Below, piece after piece: positions 19,593 to 28,249 of a stretch of DNA of 64,000 nt. Where the stretch lies: NCBI GenBank assembly GCA_963826115.1, contig CAWGVS010000005.1, forward strand, positions 1,664,001 to 1,728,000, given 5' to 3'. The stretch's first letter is position 1, and each line of letters starts with the position of its first letter. The notes below the pieces were generated by a model. The model saw nothing but the letters and a program-made list of their open reading frames with translations. It ran no database searches and was not told the origin of the DNA. The DNA comes from an uncultured Candidatus Rokubacteria bacterium (GTDB taxonomy: Bacteria > Methylomirabilota > Methylomirabilia > Rokubacteriales > DASRDR01). The position numbers and the translations under genes are program-made.

Positions 19593-20567
19593 TCATGGCT
19601 TCCGGCTCGCGAGGAACTCCGCCTCGTCAAACTCCTGGGCGGCGAGGTCCGTGAGCCCGACGCGATCGTAGACGTAGCCGAGGAGCTGACGGAGGGTCGG
19701 CTCGTCGGGATCCTGCTGGATGGCCGACTGGAGCTCACTCCGGGCGTCGGCGTAGAGCCCCTCCTGGAAGAAGAGCCCGGCGCGCATGAGCGCGGGCGGG
19801 CTCCCGACCTCGCCGCCGGGCGCCGCGGCCGCGAGGTCGGCCAGCGCCGTACGGATGCGCGTCGCATCCCCGGTGGCGACCACTTCGAACTCGGCCCGCT
19901 GGGGCGGCTGGCCGGGCGCGTCGAGCGTCCAGCTGTAGCGAGTCCCTGGCGCCAGAGCCGGGGCAGACTCCGGGTACGGCAGCGGCCGGCGCGGGAGGCC
20001 CGCCTGCTCCCACACGAGCCCCTGCGGGCTCACGAGGCGGACGCCGTAGTCGGGGCGCGGAGGCCCGGCCCACTCGAAGGTGACCGCGCCGGGGAGAAGG
20101 CGTGTCTCGCGCGGCGAGAGGATCCGGGGTGGCGGGGACCCCGACCGGACGGACAGCGACTGGTAGGTCGGCGGCTTGGGCTGGCCCAGCAGGAACTGCG
20201 TCACGCCGGCCACCAGGCCACGCGCCCGGTCGGCTCCCGTCTCTCCCCGGGGTGCCGCCACCGTGAACGGCGAGTTGGCCGCGGTCACCGCCTGGGCGCC
20301 GCCACCGGTGAACGCGAGCGTCGCCCGGCCGTCGGCGGTCACGCGGACCTGGTCCCCCGGACGGAGCGCCTGGAGGGCACGCGGGGCGCTCCAGTCCCCG
20401 TCCTCCGCTCGCTTGATACGGATCTCGCCCTTGCCGGCGCGGATCTCGGTGAGGACGGCGACCGGGTCGGCCGCGCGCGCCAGGCCCGGCCAGAGCGCGC
20501 CGAGGAGCGTCAGGGCCGCGAGGAGAGCCATCGCGGCCGCGAGGCTGGAGTCACGGCGCCCGGTCAT
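19593..20567 (-). CDS. Exported protein with FecR-like N-terminus, DUF928-like middle domain and C-terminal TPR
   Basis: Signal peptide ..LARA|AD; LRPGDQVRV; LPYPESAPALAPGTRYSW; GLYADA..L TPR. Confidence 0.72.
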   Translation of the reverse strand: MTGRRDSSLAAAMALLAALTLLGALWPGLARAADPVAVLTEIRAGKGEIRIKRAEDGDWSAPRALQALRPGDQVRVTADGRATLAFTGGGAQAVTAANSPFTVAAPRGETGADRARGLVAGVTQFLLGQPKPPTYQSLSVRSGSPPPRILSPRETRLLPGAVTFEWAGPPRPDYGVRLVSPQGLVWEQAGLPRRPLPYPESAPALAPGTRYSWTLDAPGQPPQRAEFEVVATGDATRIRTALADLAAAAPGGEVGSPPALMRAGLFFQEGLYADARSELQSAIQQDPDEPTLRQLLGYVYDRVGLTDLAAQEFDEAEFLASRKP

Positions 20568-22488
20568 CGGCTCCTCCCATCCCCTCGCCCTCGCCGGCGG
20601 CCGCTGGCCGACCGGTCCGCGCAGATGCTACCGCCAGGAGCTCGTACACGTGGAGGGGCTCCGCCCGGCCCTTGACGGGAATCGCCCCACGATACCGCGT
20701 CTCCACCCGATCGCCGAGGGCTCCCAGCGTCTCGGCGGTGACCAGGGTCGAGGTCCCCAGGTCCTTGTTCAAGCCCTCCAGCCGGGCCGTCACGTTGACC
20801 GTGTCGCCGACCACCGTGTACTTGATCCGCCCGGGTCCCCCGACGTTGCCCGCGAAGACGATGCCGGTATGGATCCCGATGCCCATCCGGAGCGTCGGCG
20901 CCGCGCGCGCGGCCCACCCGCGGTTCAGCCGCTCGAGCGCGGCCTGCATCCCCATGGCCGCCCGCGCCGCGCGCCAGGCGTGGTCCGGGTCCGGGAGCAG
21001 CGCGCCGAAGACCACGAGGATCCCGTCGCCGATGAAGTCGTTGATCATGCCGCGCTCGGCGAAGATGGCGTCGATCATCGCGGGGAAGTACTCGTTGAGG
21101 TGTGCGGCCACCTGCTCGGCGGGCATCGTCTCGGACAAGGTCGTGAAGCCGCGGAGGTCCGACACCAGGACGGTGACCTCGCGGCGCGCCCCCTCGAGCG
21201 TCGGGTTCTCGGCGAGCACCTGATCCATCACGTCGCGCCCCACGTAGCGCCCGAACGAGTCCCGGAAGCGGCGCCTCGCGAGGACCTCGGCGCCGACGCC
21301 GGTGAGGCACGTCGCCAGGACGGGCAGCAGGAAGTCGACGGCGTAGCCGCCGCCGTGGAACGCGAGGTAGCTCGCGGGCACCCCCGCGCCGAGCGCGACG
21401 GCGAGCGCGGCGAGCGTGCCGCCGAGAGGCCCGAGCCACGCGAGGAGCGCGCCGGCCACGCCCACGACGCCAAGCGAGACCCCGAGGCCGACGAGCCAGC
21501 CGGCGGGGCGGATGAGGGAGCGGGTCGCGAGCATGTGGACCACGGTGGCGTGGATCTCGACGCCCGCGAGGCGACCCACGGGTGTCTGGAAAAAGTCGCG
21601 GCTGTCGGCGAACGTGGCGCCGACCAGCGCGACCCTGCCCCGCAGCGGGTTGTCCTCGGCCACCGGCGGCGCGCCGGGCTCGCCCAGCTCGGCGACGGCG
21701 TCGCTCGGGATCGCGAGGAAGCTGCCGGCGGGCCCGACGAAGTTGATGCGCCAGAGCTCGTCGGCCTGGAGCGCCATCGAAGGCCCGCCGGACGGGCGCC
21801 ACTCCCCGTCGCGCCACAACGGGTAGCCGGCGAGGTCAGCGGGAAGCGCGGATGGGGCGGACCCGGTCGCCCCGTCCACGGCCGCGAGGACGGCGAGCCC
21901 GAACGCCGGCGCGGGCGAACCGCCGGGCCCTGGCAGGAGCGCCGCCATCCGGCGGATGACGCCGTCGTCGTCGATCGGTACGCGGTCGGACCCGCGGGGC
22001 ACCGCGCGGAGGGCCGCCGAGGCGGCGAGCGGGCCCGTCTCCGGGGGCCGCGCGTCGACCAGGACCAGGGGCCGGCGGCGCGAGGCGAGCTCCTCGATCG
22101 CCCGCACGAGGGCCCCGTCCTCCGCCGCCGTCGTCGGGGCCGAGAGCGCGATGTCGAGCCCGATGACGGCCGCGCCACTCCGGTCGAGGCCGCGGACGAC
22201 GCTCGCCAGGTACCCGCGTGGAATCGGCTGCCGCGCGCCGAGCTTCTCGAACGCCCCCTCGTCGACGGCGACGATCACGACCTCGGACGGGAACCGCTGA
22301 CCGCCGAGGCGCTGGAGGAGGTCGAGCGTGCGAACCTGCAGCGGCTCGAGCCAGCCGACGGCCGAGGCAGCCGTGACGGCCACCGCCGCCACTGCGCCCG
22401 TGATCCAGAGCTGGCCGAGCCGGCGGAGGCGGCGGGCGCGGCTCCGCAGCGCGGTCGGCGGGGCGCCCGAAGCCGGCGTGTCCGCCAT
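20551..22488 (-). CDS. CHASE2-domain class III nucleotide cyclase
   Basis: CHASE2 (VVIVAVDE, DDDGVIRR, GVEIHA), TM helices, cyclase motifs SDLRGFT, FIGDG, GDTVNVTARLE. Confidence 0.92.
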   Translation of the reverse strand: MADTPASGAPPTALRSRARRLRRLGQLWITGAVAAVAVTAASAVGWLEPLQVRTLDLLQRLGGQRFPSEVVIVAVDEGAFEKLGARQPIPRGYLASVVRGLDRSGAAVIGLDIALSAPTTAAEDGALVRAIEELASRRRPLVLVDARPPETGPLAASAALRAVPRGSDRVPIDDDGVIRRMAALLPGPGGSPAPAFGLAVLAAVDGATGSAPSALPADLAGYPLWRDGEWRPSGGPSMALQADELWRINFVGPAGSFLAIPSDAVAELGEPGAPPVAEDNPLRGRVALVGATFADSRDFFQTPVGRLAGVEIHATVVHMLATRSLIRPAGWLVGLGVSLGVVGVAGALLAWLGPLGGTLAALAVALGAGVPASYLAFHGGGYAVDFLLPVLATCLTGVGAEVLARRRFRDSFGRYVGRDVMDQVLAENPTLEGARREVTVLVSDLRGFTTLSETMPAEQVAAHLNEYFPAMIDAIFAERGMINDFIGDGILVVFGALLPDPDHAWRAARAAMGMQAALERLNRGWAARAAPTLRMGIGIHTGIVFAGNVGGPGRIKYTVVGDTVNVTARLEGLNKDLGTSTLVTAETLGALGDRVETRYRGAIPVKGRAEPLHVYELLAVASARTGRPAAAGEGEGMGGADDRAP

Positions 22489-22495
22489 GGCCGGC

Positions 22496-23176
22496 TCAGG
22501 GCTCCACGCGCCGGGAGCCCGCGCCCGGCTCGGGCCAGCCCGCGTCCCCGATCAGCGGCACGAACGCGACCGCACCGAGCGACTCGCGCGCGTACGCGTC
22601 CGGCGCTCGTCGCGTCACGCGCACGAGCTCTTGCGATCGGGGCGTGACGCCCACCGGAACGACGAGGTGGCCGCCCACGCGAAGCTGGGGCAGGAGCGGC
22701 GCCGGCACCTCCGGCCCGCCCGCCGTCACGACGATCCCGTCGTAGGGCGCGTGCTCCGGCCAGCCGAGCGTGCCGTCCCCCTCGAGCACGTGGACGTTCC
22801 GGTAGCCGAGCGCGTCGAGCCGCGCCCGGGCGGCGCGCGCCAGCGCCGGGAGCCGCTCCACCGTGTAGACCTCGGCCACGATCTCGGCCAGCACGGCCGT
22901 GGCGTATCCCGAGCCCGTACCGATCTCGAGGACTCGGTCGGTCGGCTCGGGCGCGATGGCCTCCAGCATGAGCGCGACGATGTACGGCTGGGAAATGGTC
23001 TGCGCCTCCGCGATCGGCAGCGCCGAGTCCTCGTAGGCGTCGGGCACGTCGAGGACCGGGACGAAGCGCTCCCGCGGCACCGCGCCCATCGCGCGCAGGA
23101 CCGCCGGACTGCGGATGCCGCGAGGCACCAGCTGCGTGTCGACCATCCGGCGCCGCATGGCGGCGGGGTCCGTCAT
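22496..23176 (-). CDS. pcm: Protein-L-isoaspartate O-methyltransferase
   Basis: QTISQPYIVA, VLEIGTGSGY, GDGTLGWPEHAPYDGI, FVPL. Confidence 0.95.
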   Translation of the reverse strand: MTDPAAMRRRMVDTQLVPRGIRSPAVLRAMGAVPRERFVPVLDVPDAYEDSALPIAEAQTISQPYIVALMLEAIAPEPTDRVLEIGTGSGYATAVLAEIVAEVYTVERLPALARAARARLDALGYRNVHVLEGDGTLGWPEHAPYDGIVVTAGGPEVPAPLLPQLRVGGHLVVPVGVTPRSQELVRVTRRAPDAYARESLGAVAFVPLIGDAGWPEPGAGSRRVEP

Positions 23177-23685
23177 CAGCTCCGCCGCTCCGCGGCAGGC
23201 TCGGGCAGGCGCGCCTCGGAATCGGGACGGCGCGTGAAGCGCAGGGTCACGACGCCCTGGTCCGCCGAGCGCGCGGTGACGTGGCCCAGGCGGGCGATCA
23301 GCGATTGCATCCGGCGGTTGTCGGAGAGGACGTACGCCACGAACCGCCTGATGCCGCGCATCGCCGCGCGGTCGAGAAGGGCTCCGAGGAGGGCCGTCCC
23401 GAGCCCGCGCTTCTGCCACGCGTCCTGGACCACGAGCGCGATCTCCGCCTCGTCGCTTCCGGGCGGGGCGCCGTAGCGCGCGACGCCGATCAGGTCGCCG
23501 GCGGGGTCGAGCGCCACGAGCGCCGCGCGACGGTCGTCGTCGACCTCGGCCAGGACCCGCGCCCAGTCCGGCGGCAGGCGGCGCATCGCGGCGAAGAACC
23601 GCTGGTAGGCGGTTTCCGGGGACAGCCGATCGTAGAGCCGCGTGAGCGCCGCCGCGTCGTGCCCCTGGATGGGACGCAGCCGCAC
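23176..23685 (-). CDS. GNAT family N-acetyltransferase
   Basis: RLRPI..D, YQRFF, AEIALVVQDAWQKRGLG, N.RM; the coding frame (LRDGTAV) extends upstream of the GTG, so the start is uncertain. Confidence 0.85.
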   Translation of the reverse strand: MRLRPIQGHDAAALTRLYDRLSPETAYQRFFAAMRRLPPDWARVLAEVDDDRRAALVALDPAGDLIGVARYGAPPGSDEAEIALVVQDAWQKRGLGTALLGALLDRAAMRGIRRFVAYVLSDNRRMQSLIARLGHVTARSADQGVVTLRFTRRPDSEARLPEPAAERRS

Positions 23686-23752
23686 TGCGGTGCCGTCGCG
23701 GAGCCGTACGGTCCACCCGGGGTCCAGCCGCCACCTCTCGCCGGAGCCGGAG

Positions 23753-25078
23753 CTACGACCCCGGATAGGTCTCGAACGCGCCCAGGCGACGGACGAGGGT
23801 GAGGTAGTCCTCGCGCGACAGCTTCGGTCCCGCCTCGGCCTTCACCCGCCGCGCCTCGCGGGCGCCGTCGTGGAGCAGGTCGACGACGGTCATCGCCATG
23901 GCCTTGGCCGGGTTGACCGCGGCCAGCATGTGGTCGACGACCATGTAGTCCGCCCCGTGGATGGTCCCGCGGACCCCGCCGGCCCGGGGATGCACGACCG
24001 GCATCACGAACCCGAGGTCGCCCACGTCCGTCGACCCGGTAGAGTGGCGAGGCCGTCCCATGTTGCTCTCGCCCACGACGGCCGCGCAGTTGGCCCGGCT
24101 GAGCGCCACCAGGTTGGGGTCCATCTGCTGCGGCAGGTATCCGGGCACGGTCGTGATCTCGACCCGCGCGCCCATCGCCTGGGCGCCCGCGCGGAGGCTC
24201 CGGTCGACCTTGCGGGCGGCGTCGGCGAACGCCTCGACCGTCTTCCCGCGCACGAACGTCTCGAGGCGCACGTCGGCGGGCACGGCGCTCACCGCCTCGC
24301 CGCCGCGTGTGATGATGGGGTGCACGCGGATCGTGTCGTCGTCCCGGAACGTCTCCCGGTTGGCGTCGATGGCGTGGAGCGCGATCTGGGCGGCCTTCAG
24401 CGCGTTGATCCCGAGGTGCGGGGCGCTGCCTGCGTGGGCGCCCCGGCCCACGAACCGCATGAACTTCACCACGCAGCCGTTGTGCGTGTCCCCGACGCTC
24501 GCCAGCCCGTCCTCGACGCGCGCGTTCGTGTGCGTGATGGTCGCCATGTCCACGTCGTCGAACTCGCCGAGGCGGATCAGCTCGGCCTTGCCGACAAGAA
24601 ACTCGAGCTGGCCCTTCTCGCGGAGCCCGAGCCGCCATTCCACCTCGATGTACTCCTCCGCGGGCACGGCGAACAGCACGACGTCCCCGTCCAGGTCGTC
24701 CATCACCGCCTGGAGCCCCATCCCCGCCCCGATCATCGAGGCCACCTGGGCGTTGTGGCCGCAGGCGTGCGCGGCGTGGGTGGTCGGATCGGCCAGGGGA
24801 TGCTCGCCCACGATGAGGGAGTCGAGCTCGCCCAAGACCGCGACGGTCGGTCCCCGGGAGCGCCCGCGAAGGCGCGTCTTCACCCCGGTGAGGGCCAGCC
24901 CCTCGCGGCAGTCGAGCCCCATCCGGCGAAACCAGCCGGCCACGAACTCGGCGGTCCGGGCCTCCCGGTATCCCGGCTCCGGGTGCTTCATGATGTGGTC
25001 GCTGATCGTGACGATGTCGTGCTTCCGGCGATCGATCTCGGCGCACAGGCGCGCCTTCAGCTCCTCGACAGTGGCCAT
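23753..25078 (-). CDS. M20 family amidohydrolase (AbgB-like)
   Basis: HPEPGYRE, GELD, HACGHN, PAEE, GSTDVGD. Confidence 0.9.
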   Translation of the reverse strand: MATVEELKARLCAEIDRRKHDIVTISDHIMKHPEPGYREARTAEFVAGWFRRMGLDCREGLALTGVKTRLRGRSRGPTVAVLGELDSLIVGEHPLADPTTHAAHACGHNAQVASMIGAGMGLQAVMDDLDGDVVLFAVPAEEYIEVEWRLGLREKGQLEFLVGKAELIRLGEFDDVDMATITHTNARVEDGLASVGDTHNGCVVKFMRFVGRGAHAGSAPHLGINALKAAQIALHAIDANRETFRDDDTIRVHPIITRGGEAVSAVPADVRLETFVRGKTVEAFADAARKVDRSLRAGAQAMGARVEITTVPGYLPQQMDPNLVALSRANCAAVVGESNMGRPRHSTGSTDVGDLGFVMPVVHPRAGGVRGTIHGADYMVVDHMLAAVNPAKAMAMTVVDLLHDGAREARRVKAEAGPKLSREDYLTLVRRLGAFETYPGS

Positions 25079-25246
25079 CCCGTCTCCTCTCGCCGGACCG
25101 GTCGACCGGTCCGGGCGCGGTGCGACGGTACACCACGGCCGTCGTCACGGACAAGCGCGCCGGCCGCCCGCTTCCGGAGCCCGCGGGAGGGACACCGCGG
25201 GAGTACACTCGACCCCGTGGTCACACCCCGACCCGCGAGGAGACCC

Positions 25247-26122
25247 ATGGCGAACAGGACGTTCCCGGTGCTCGTGGCGACCGATGGCAGCGCCCAGGCG
25301 CGCGCGGCGGTGGACGCCGCCGTCGGCTTCCCCTGGCCACGCGGGAGCGAGGGGCACGGGGTCGTCTCGCGCGGCATGCCCGTGCTCTCGGACGCAACGC
25401 CGGCCGTGTGGGACGCCCTCTTTCAGGCCGCCCGCGCCGAAGCGCAGCGCGCCGAGCGCCGCCTGCGCCGCCGCTGGCCGGATGCGGAGGCCACGGTCAC
25501 CGACCTGCCCCCCGTCCCCGGCATCCTCGCCCAGGCCCGCAAGCTCAGGGCCCGCGCGATCGTGCTCGGATCGCGGGGACTCGGCGCCGTCGGCCGGTTC
25601 CTCCTCGGCAGCGTGAGCCGGGCGGTCGTGAGACAGGCGTCCTCGCCCGTGCTCGTCGTGCGAGGGCGGAAGCGGCCTCCGCGGCGCTTCCTGGTCGGCG
25701 TCGACGGCTCGCCGCACGCACGCGCGGCCGTCGCGTGCGTCGCGTCGCTCACCCGGCCGGTCGGCGGGCGCGTCACGCTCCTCGGCGTGGTCGAGCCCGT
25801 TCGCCCGCCCTCGACCGGGCCGTTCCCCACGCGACTCCGGGCGCTCGTGACCCGCGAGGCGGCGAACGTCGAGCGGGAGCGAGTCGCGGGGGTGCGCCGG
25901 GAGCTCGAGACGGCAAGCGCCCGCCTCGTGCGAGCGGGATGGCGAGTGCGGACCGAGGTCCGACTCGGGCGACCGCTCGAGGAGCTCCTGGACGCCGCCC
26001 GCGATGCCGACGTCCTCGTCGTCGGCGCACGGGGCGTCAGCGCGATGGAGCGCCTGATCCTGGGGAGCGTCGCCGAAGGCGCCGTCAGCCGCGCGGCAGT
26101 ACCCGTGCTCATCGTCCGCTGA
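25247..26122 (+). CDS. Tandem-domain universal stress protein
   Basis: ATDGS and GVDGS; two G.RG...LGSV motifs; GAGGAG RBS. Confidence 0.9.
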   Translation: MANRTFPVLVATDGSAQARAAVDAAVGFPWPRGSEGHGVVSRGMPVLSDATPAVWDALFQAARAEAQRAERRLRRRWPDAEATVTDLPPVPGILAQARKLRARAIVLGSRGLGAVGRFLLGSVSRAVVRQASSPVLVVRGRKRPPRRFLVGVDGSPHARAAVACVASLTRPVGGRVTLLGVVEPVRPPSTGPFPTRLRALVTREAANVERERVAGVRRELETASARLVRAGWRVRTEVRLGRPLEELLDAARDADVLVVGARGVSAMERLILGSVAEGAVSRAAVPVLIVR

Positions 26123-26322
26123 CGGATCGCGGGGCCAGGCCGCACACCGGGTCGTCGCCCCGCGCCCCGCCGTCCCGGACGCCCAGGCCTGCCTCCCGGA
26201 TGGGCAGGCTGCCTGCCGACGCGCCACGCCGGAGTGACGGTGCGCGGCGCCTCGATCCCCTCATCGAGACCAACTCCCCGTCAAAGCGAACCGACCGCGG
26301 CCGCAAGGCTCCGGCGGAGACC

Positions 26323-26338
26323 CGGCACTCTCCTTGCT
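26323..26338 (+). promoter_or_regulatory. Sigma54 (-24/-12) promoter
   Basis: CGGCAC-TCTCC-TTGCT with exact GG-N10-GC spacing. Confidence 0.75.
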
Positions 26339-26374
26339 ACTCCCCAGGCGCGCGCGGCGCTCGCGTCGCGCGCG

Positions 26375-26386
26375 GGCAACGGCGCC
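26375..26386 (+). promoter_or_regulatory. ANTAR-type RNA hairpin
   Basis: GGC-AACGGC-GCC: 3-bp stem and hexaloop with A1 and G4; overlaps the 5' arm of the terminator. Confidence 0.6.
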
Positions 26387-26412
26387 ATCACGCATGGCGC
26401 CGTTTCGTGTTT
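26378..26412 (+). terminator. Intrinsic terminator/attenuator in the 5' leader
   Basis: Perfect 11-bp stem AACGGCGCCAT/ATGGCGCCGTT followed by TCGTGTTT. Confidence 0.68.
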
Positions 26413-26461
26413 CGGCGCCAGGCGCCGGGCCATCACCACGCCACACGAATGGGGAGGGTCG

Positions 26462-27403
26462 ATGGCGGAGCGACGCGGTGGGAGACGGAGGACGGCGATC
26501 GGCGGGCTCGCGCTGGCAGCGTGGCTAGTCGCGGCAGCGCCCATCGCCGCCCAGGAGCAGAAGCCGGCCACGGGCGGTCAGACGGCCGACAAGACGGCGG
26601 AGCCCGCGGGTCCGAACACCGGACGGCTGTCCCTGTCCGCCGGCGTCGACTGGACGTCGGCCTACTTCTTCCGCGGCATCAAGCAGGAGACGGAGGATCT
26701 CATCCTCCAGCCCTACGGCGAGCTCGGCATCAAGCTGGTGGACCAGGCCGGCGCCCTGACGTCGCTGACCGTGACGGGCGGCGTGTGGAACAGCTTCCAC
26801 ACCGGCCCGACGGGCTCCGACAGCCCGACGGCGTCGGACCCGAAGGTCTGGTACGAGTTCGACGGCTACGTCCGGCTCTCGGCGGTCCTCTGGGAGGACC
26901 TGACGACCTACGCTCTCTACACGGCCTACATCAGCCCGAACGACGCGTTCGGCACGGTCCAGGAGCTCGCGTTCGGGGTCGGCTACAACGACGCGAAGCT
27001 CCTCGGGCCCTTCGCCCTGAACCCGAGCGTCCTCATCGCCTTCGAGCTCGACGGCCAGGCCGACGCCGGCGCCGACAAGGGTGTCTACGCCCAGATCGGG
27101 ATCGCGCCCGGCTACACGTTCCTGGCCGAGTCGGCGTACCCGATCTCCATCTCGGTCCCGCTGTCCGTCGGACTGAGCCTCAGCGACTACTACGAGTTCG
27201 GCACGGGCTCCGATGATACGTTCGGGTACTTCTCGGGCGGCGTCACGGTCTCGGTGCCGCTCGCGTTCATCCCGCCCGCCTTCGGGAAGTGGCTGGTCAA
27301 GGCGGGCGTCACCGTGCTCTACCTCGGCGACAACTTGAAGGTGCTGAACGACGGCGACCAGGTCCAGGTGATCGGCACCGCCGGGCTCGCCTTCACCTAC
27401 TGA
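26462..27403 (+). CDS. Outer-membrane beta-barrel, TorF/TIGR02001-like putative porin
   Basis: Signal peptide; SAYFFRGI..E, EFDGYV, amphipathic strands, terminal aromatic residue (AFTY); GGGAGG RBS. Confidence 0.7.
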   Translation: MAERRGGRRRTAIGGLALAAWLVAAAPIAAQEQKPATGGQTADKTAEPAGPNTGRLSLSAGVDWTSAYFFRGIKQETEDLILQPYGELGIKLVDQAGALTSLTVTGGVWNSFHTGPTGSDSPTASDPKVWYEFDGYVRLSAVLWEDLTTYALYTAYISPNDAFGTVQELAFGVGYNDAKLLGPFALNPSVLIAFELDGQADAGADKGVYAQIGIAPGYTFLAESAYPISISVPLSVGLSLSDYYEFGTGSDDTFGYFSGGVTVSVPLAFIPPAFGKWLVKAGVTVLYLGDNLKVLNDGDQVQVIGTAGLAFTY

Positions 27404-27447
27404 TCATGGCGACCCCAGGAACCCCCACGACGCGCGGCGGGCGGCGC

Positions 27448-28092
27448 GTGACTCAGGCGACCCCGGGCGGCGCGCCCGCGCCCCTCCCGTCCCCGCCGCC
27501 GCGCTGGCGGCTGGTCGTGATCGACGATCACGTCGCCTCCCGGACACTCGTGCGGGCGGCGGTCGCCCGCGCCGGCGGCGCAGTGGTGGCGGAGTCGGAG
27601 ACGGCCGCCGCGGGGATCGACCTGGTCGCGCGCGAGCGCCCGGACGCCGCCGTGATCGCGGTGGGCCTGCCCGACGGCGACGGGATCGACGCCGCCGCCG
27701 AGATCGAGCGCCGGCATCCCTGCCCCGTGGTCGTGCTGACGAGCCACGCGGACCCGGACGTGATCGAGCGTGCGCGACGGGCGGGCGCGATGGCCTACCT
27801 GGTCAAACCGCTCCGGACGGAGGAGCTGGCCCCGGCCGTCGAGCTGGCGATCGCCCGGTTCGCCGAGCTCGCGCGGGCGGGCCGTGAAGCGGCCTCGCTC
27901 CGCCGGGCGCTCGAGGACCGCAAGACCATCGAGCGCGCCAAGGGCCTCCTGATGGACCGCCTCCACCTCACCGAGGCCGTCGCCTTCCGCCTCCTCCAGA
28001 AATCGGCGATGGACCGCCGCACGCCCATCGTGGCCCTGGCCGAGCGGGTCCTGGCCGGCGAGGACCTGCCCCCCACGTCCGAGCGACGCTGA
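27448..28092 (+). CDS. ANTAR-domain response regulator (pseudo-receiver, NasT/AmiR-like)
   Basis: REC fold (IDDH, LTS, AYLVKP) + ANTAR (RKTIERAKGLLM, EAVAFRLLQKSAMD); alternative start ATG 27406. Confidence 0.9.
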   Translation: MTQATPGGAPAPLPSPPPRWRLVVIDDHVASRTLVRAAVARAGGAVVAESETAAAGIDLVARERPDAAVIAVGLPDGDGIDAAAEIERRHPCPVVVLTSHADPDVIERARRAGAMAYLVKPLRTEELAPAVELAIARFAELARAGREAASLRRALEDRKTIERAKGLLMDRLHLTEAVAFRLLQKSAMDRRTPIVALAERVLAGEDLPPTSERR

Positions 28093-28249
28093 GGCCGCCT
28101 CCCGCGCGCACGCCACCGCCTGCGGGGCCCTCGCGCGCGCCGCGGGATTTCGCGTATCGTGGGACGCGGCAGGCTGCGGGTCCCCCGGCGTCGTGGCCGA
28201 GGTTCGAGCGCCACGACCCCGCAGCGACACTCCTCACAGGAGGCCGCGG

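Noticed and set aside
26299-26310. GGCC-GCAA-GGCT as a second ANTAR hairpin
   Set aside because: It is a GNRA tetraloop and lies upstream of the sigma54 promoter, so it would not be in the transcript.
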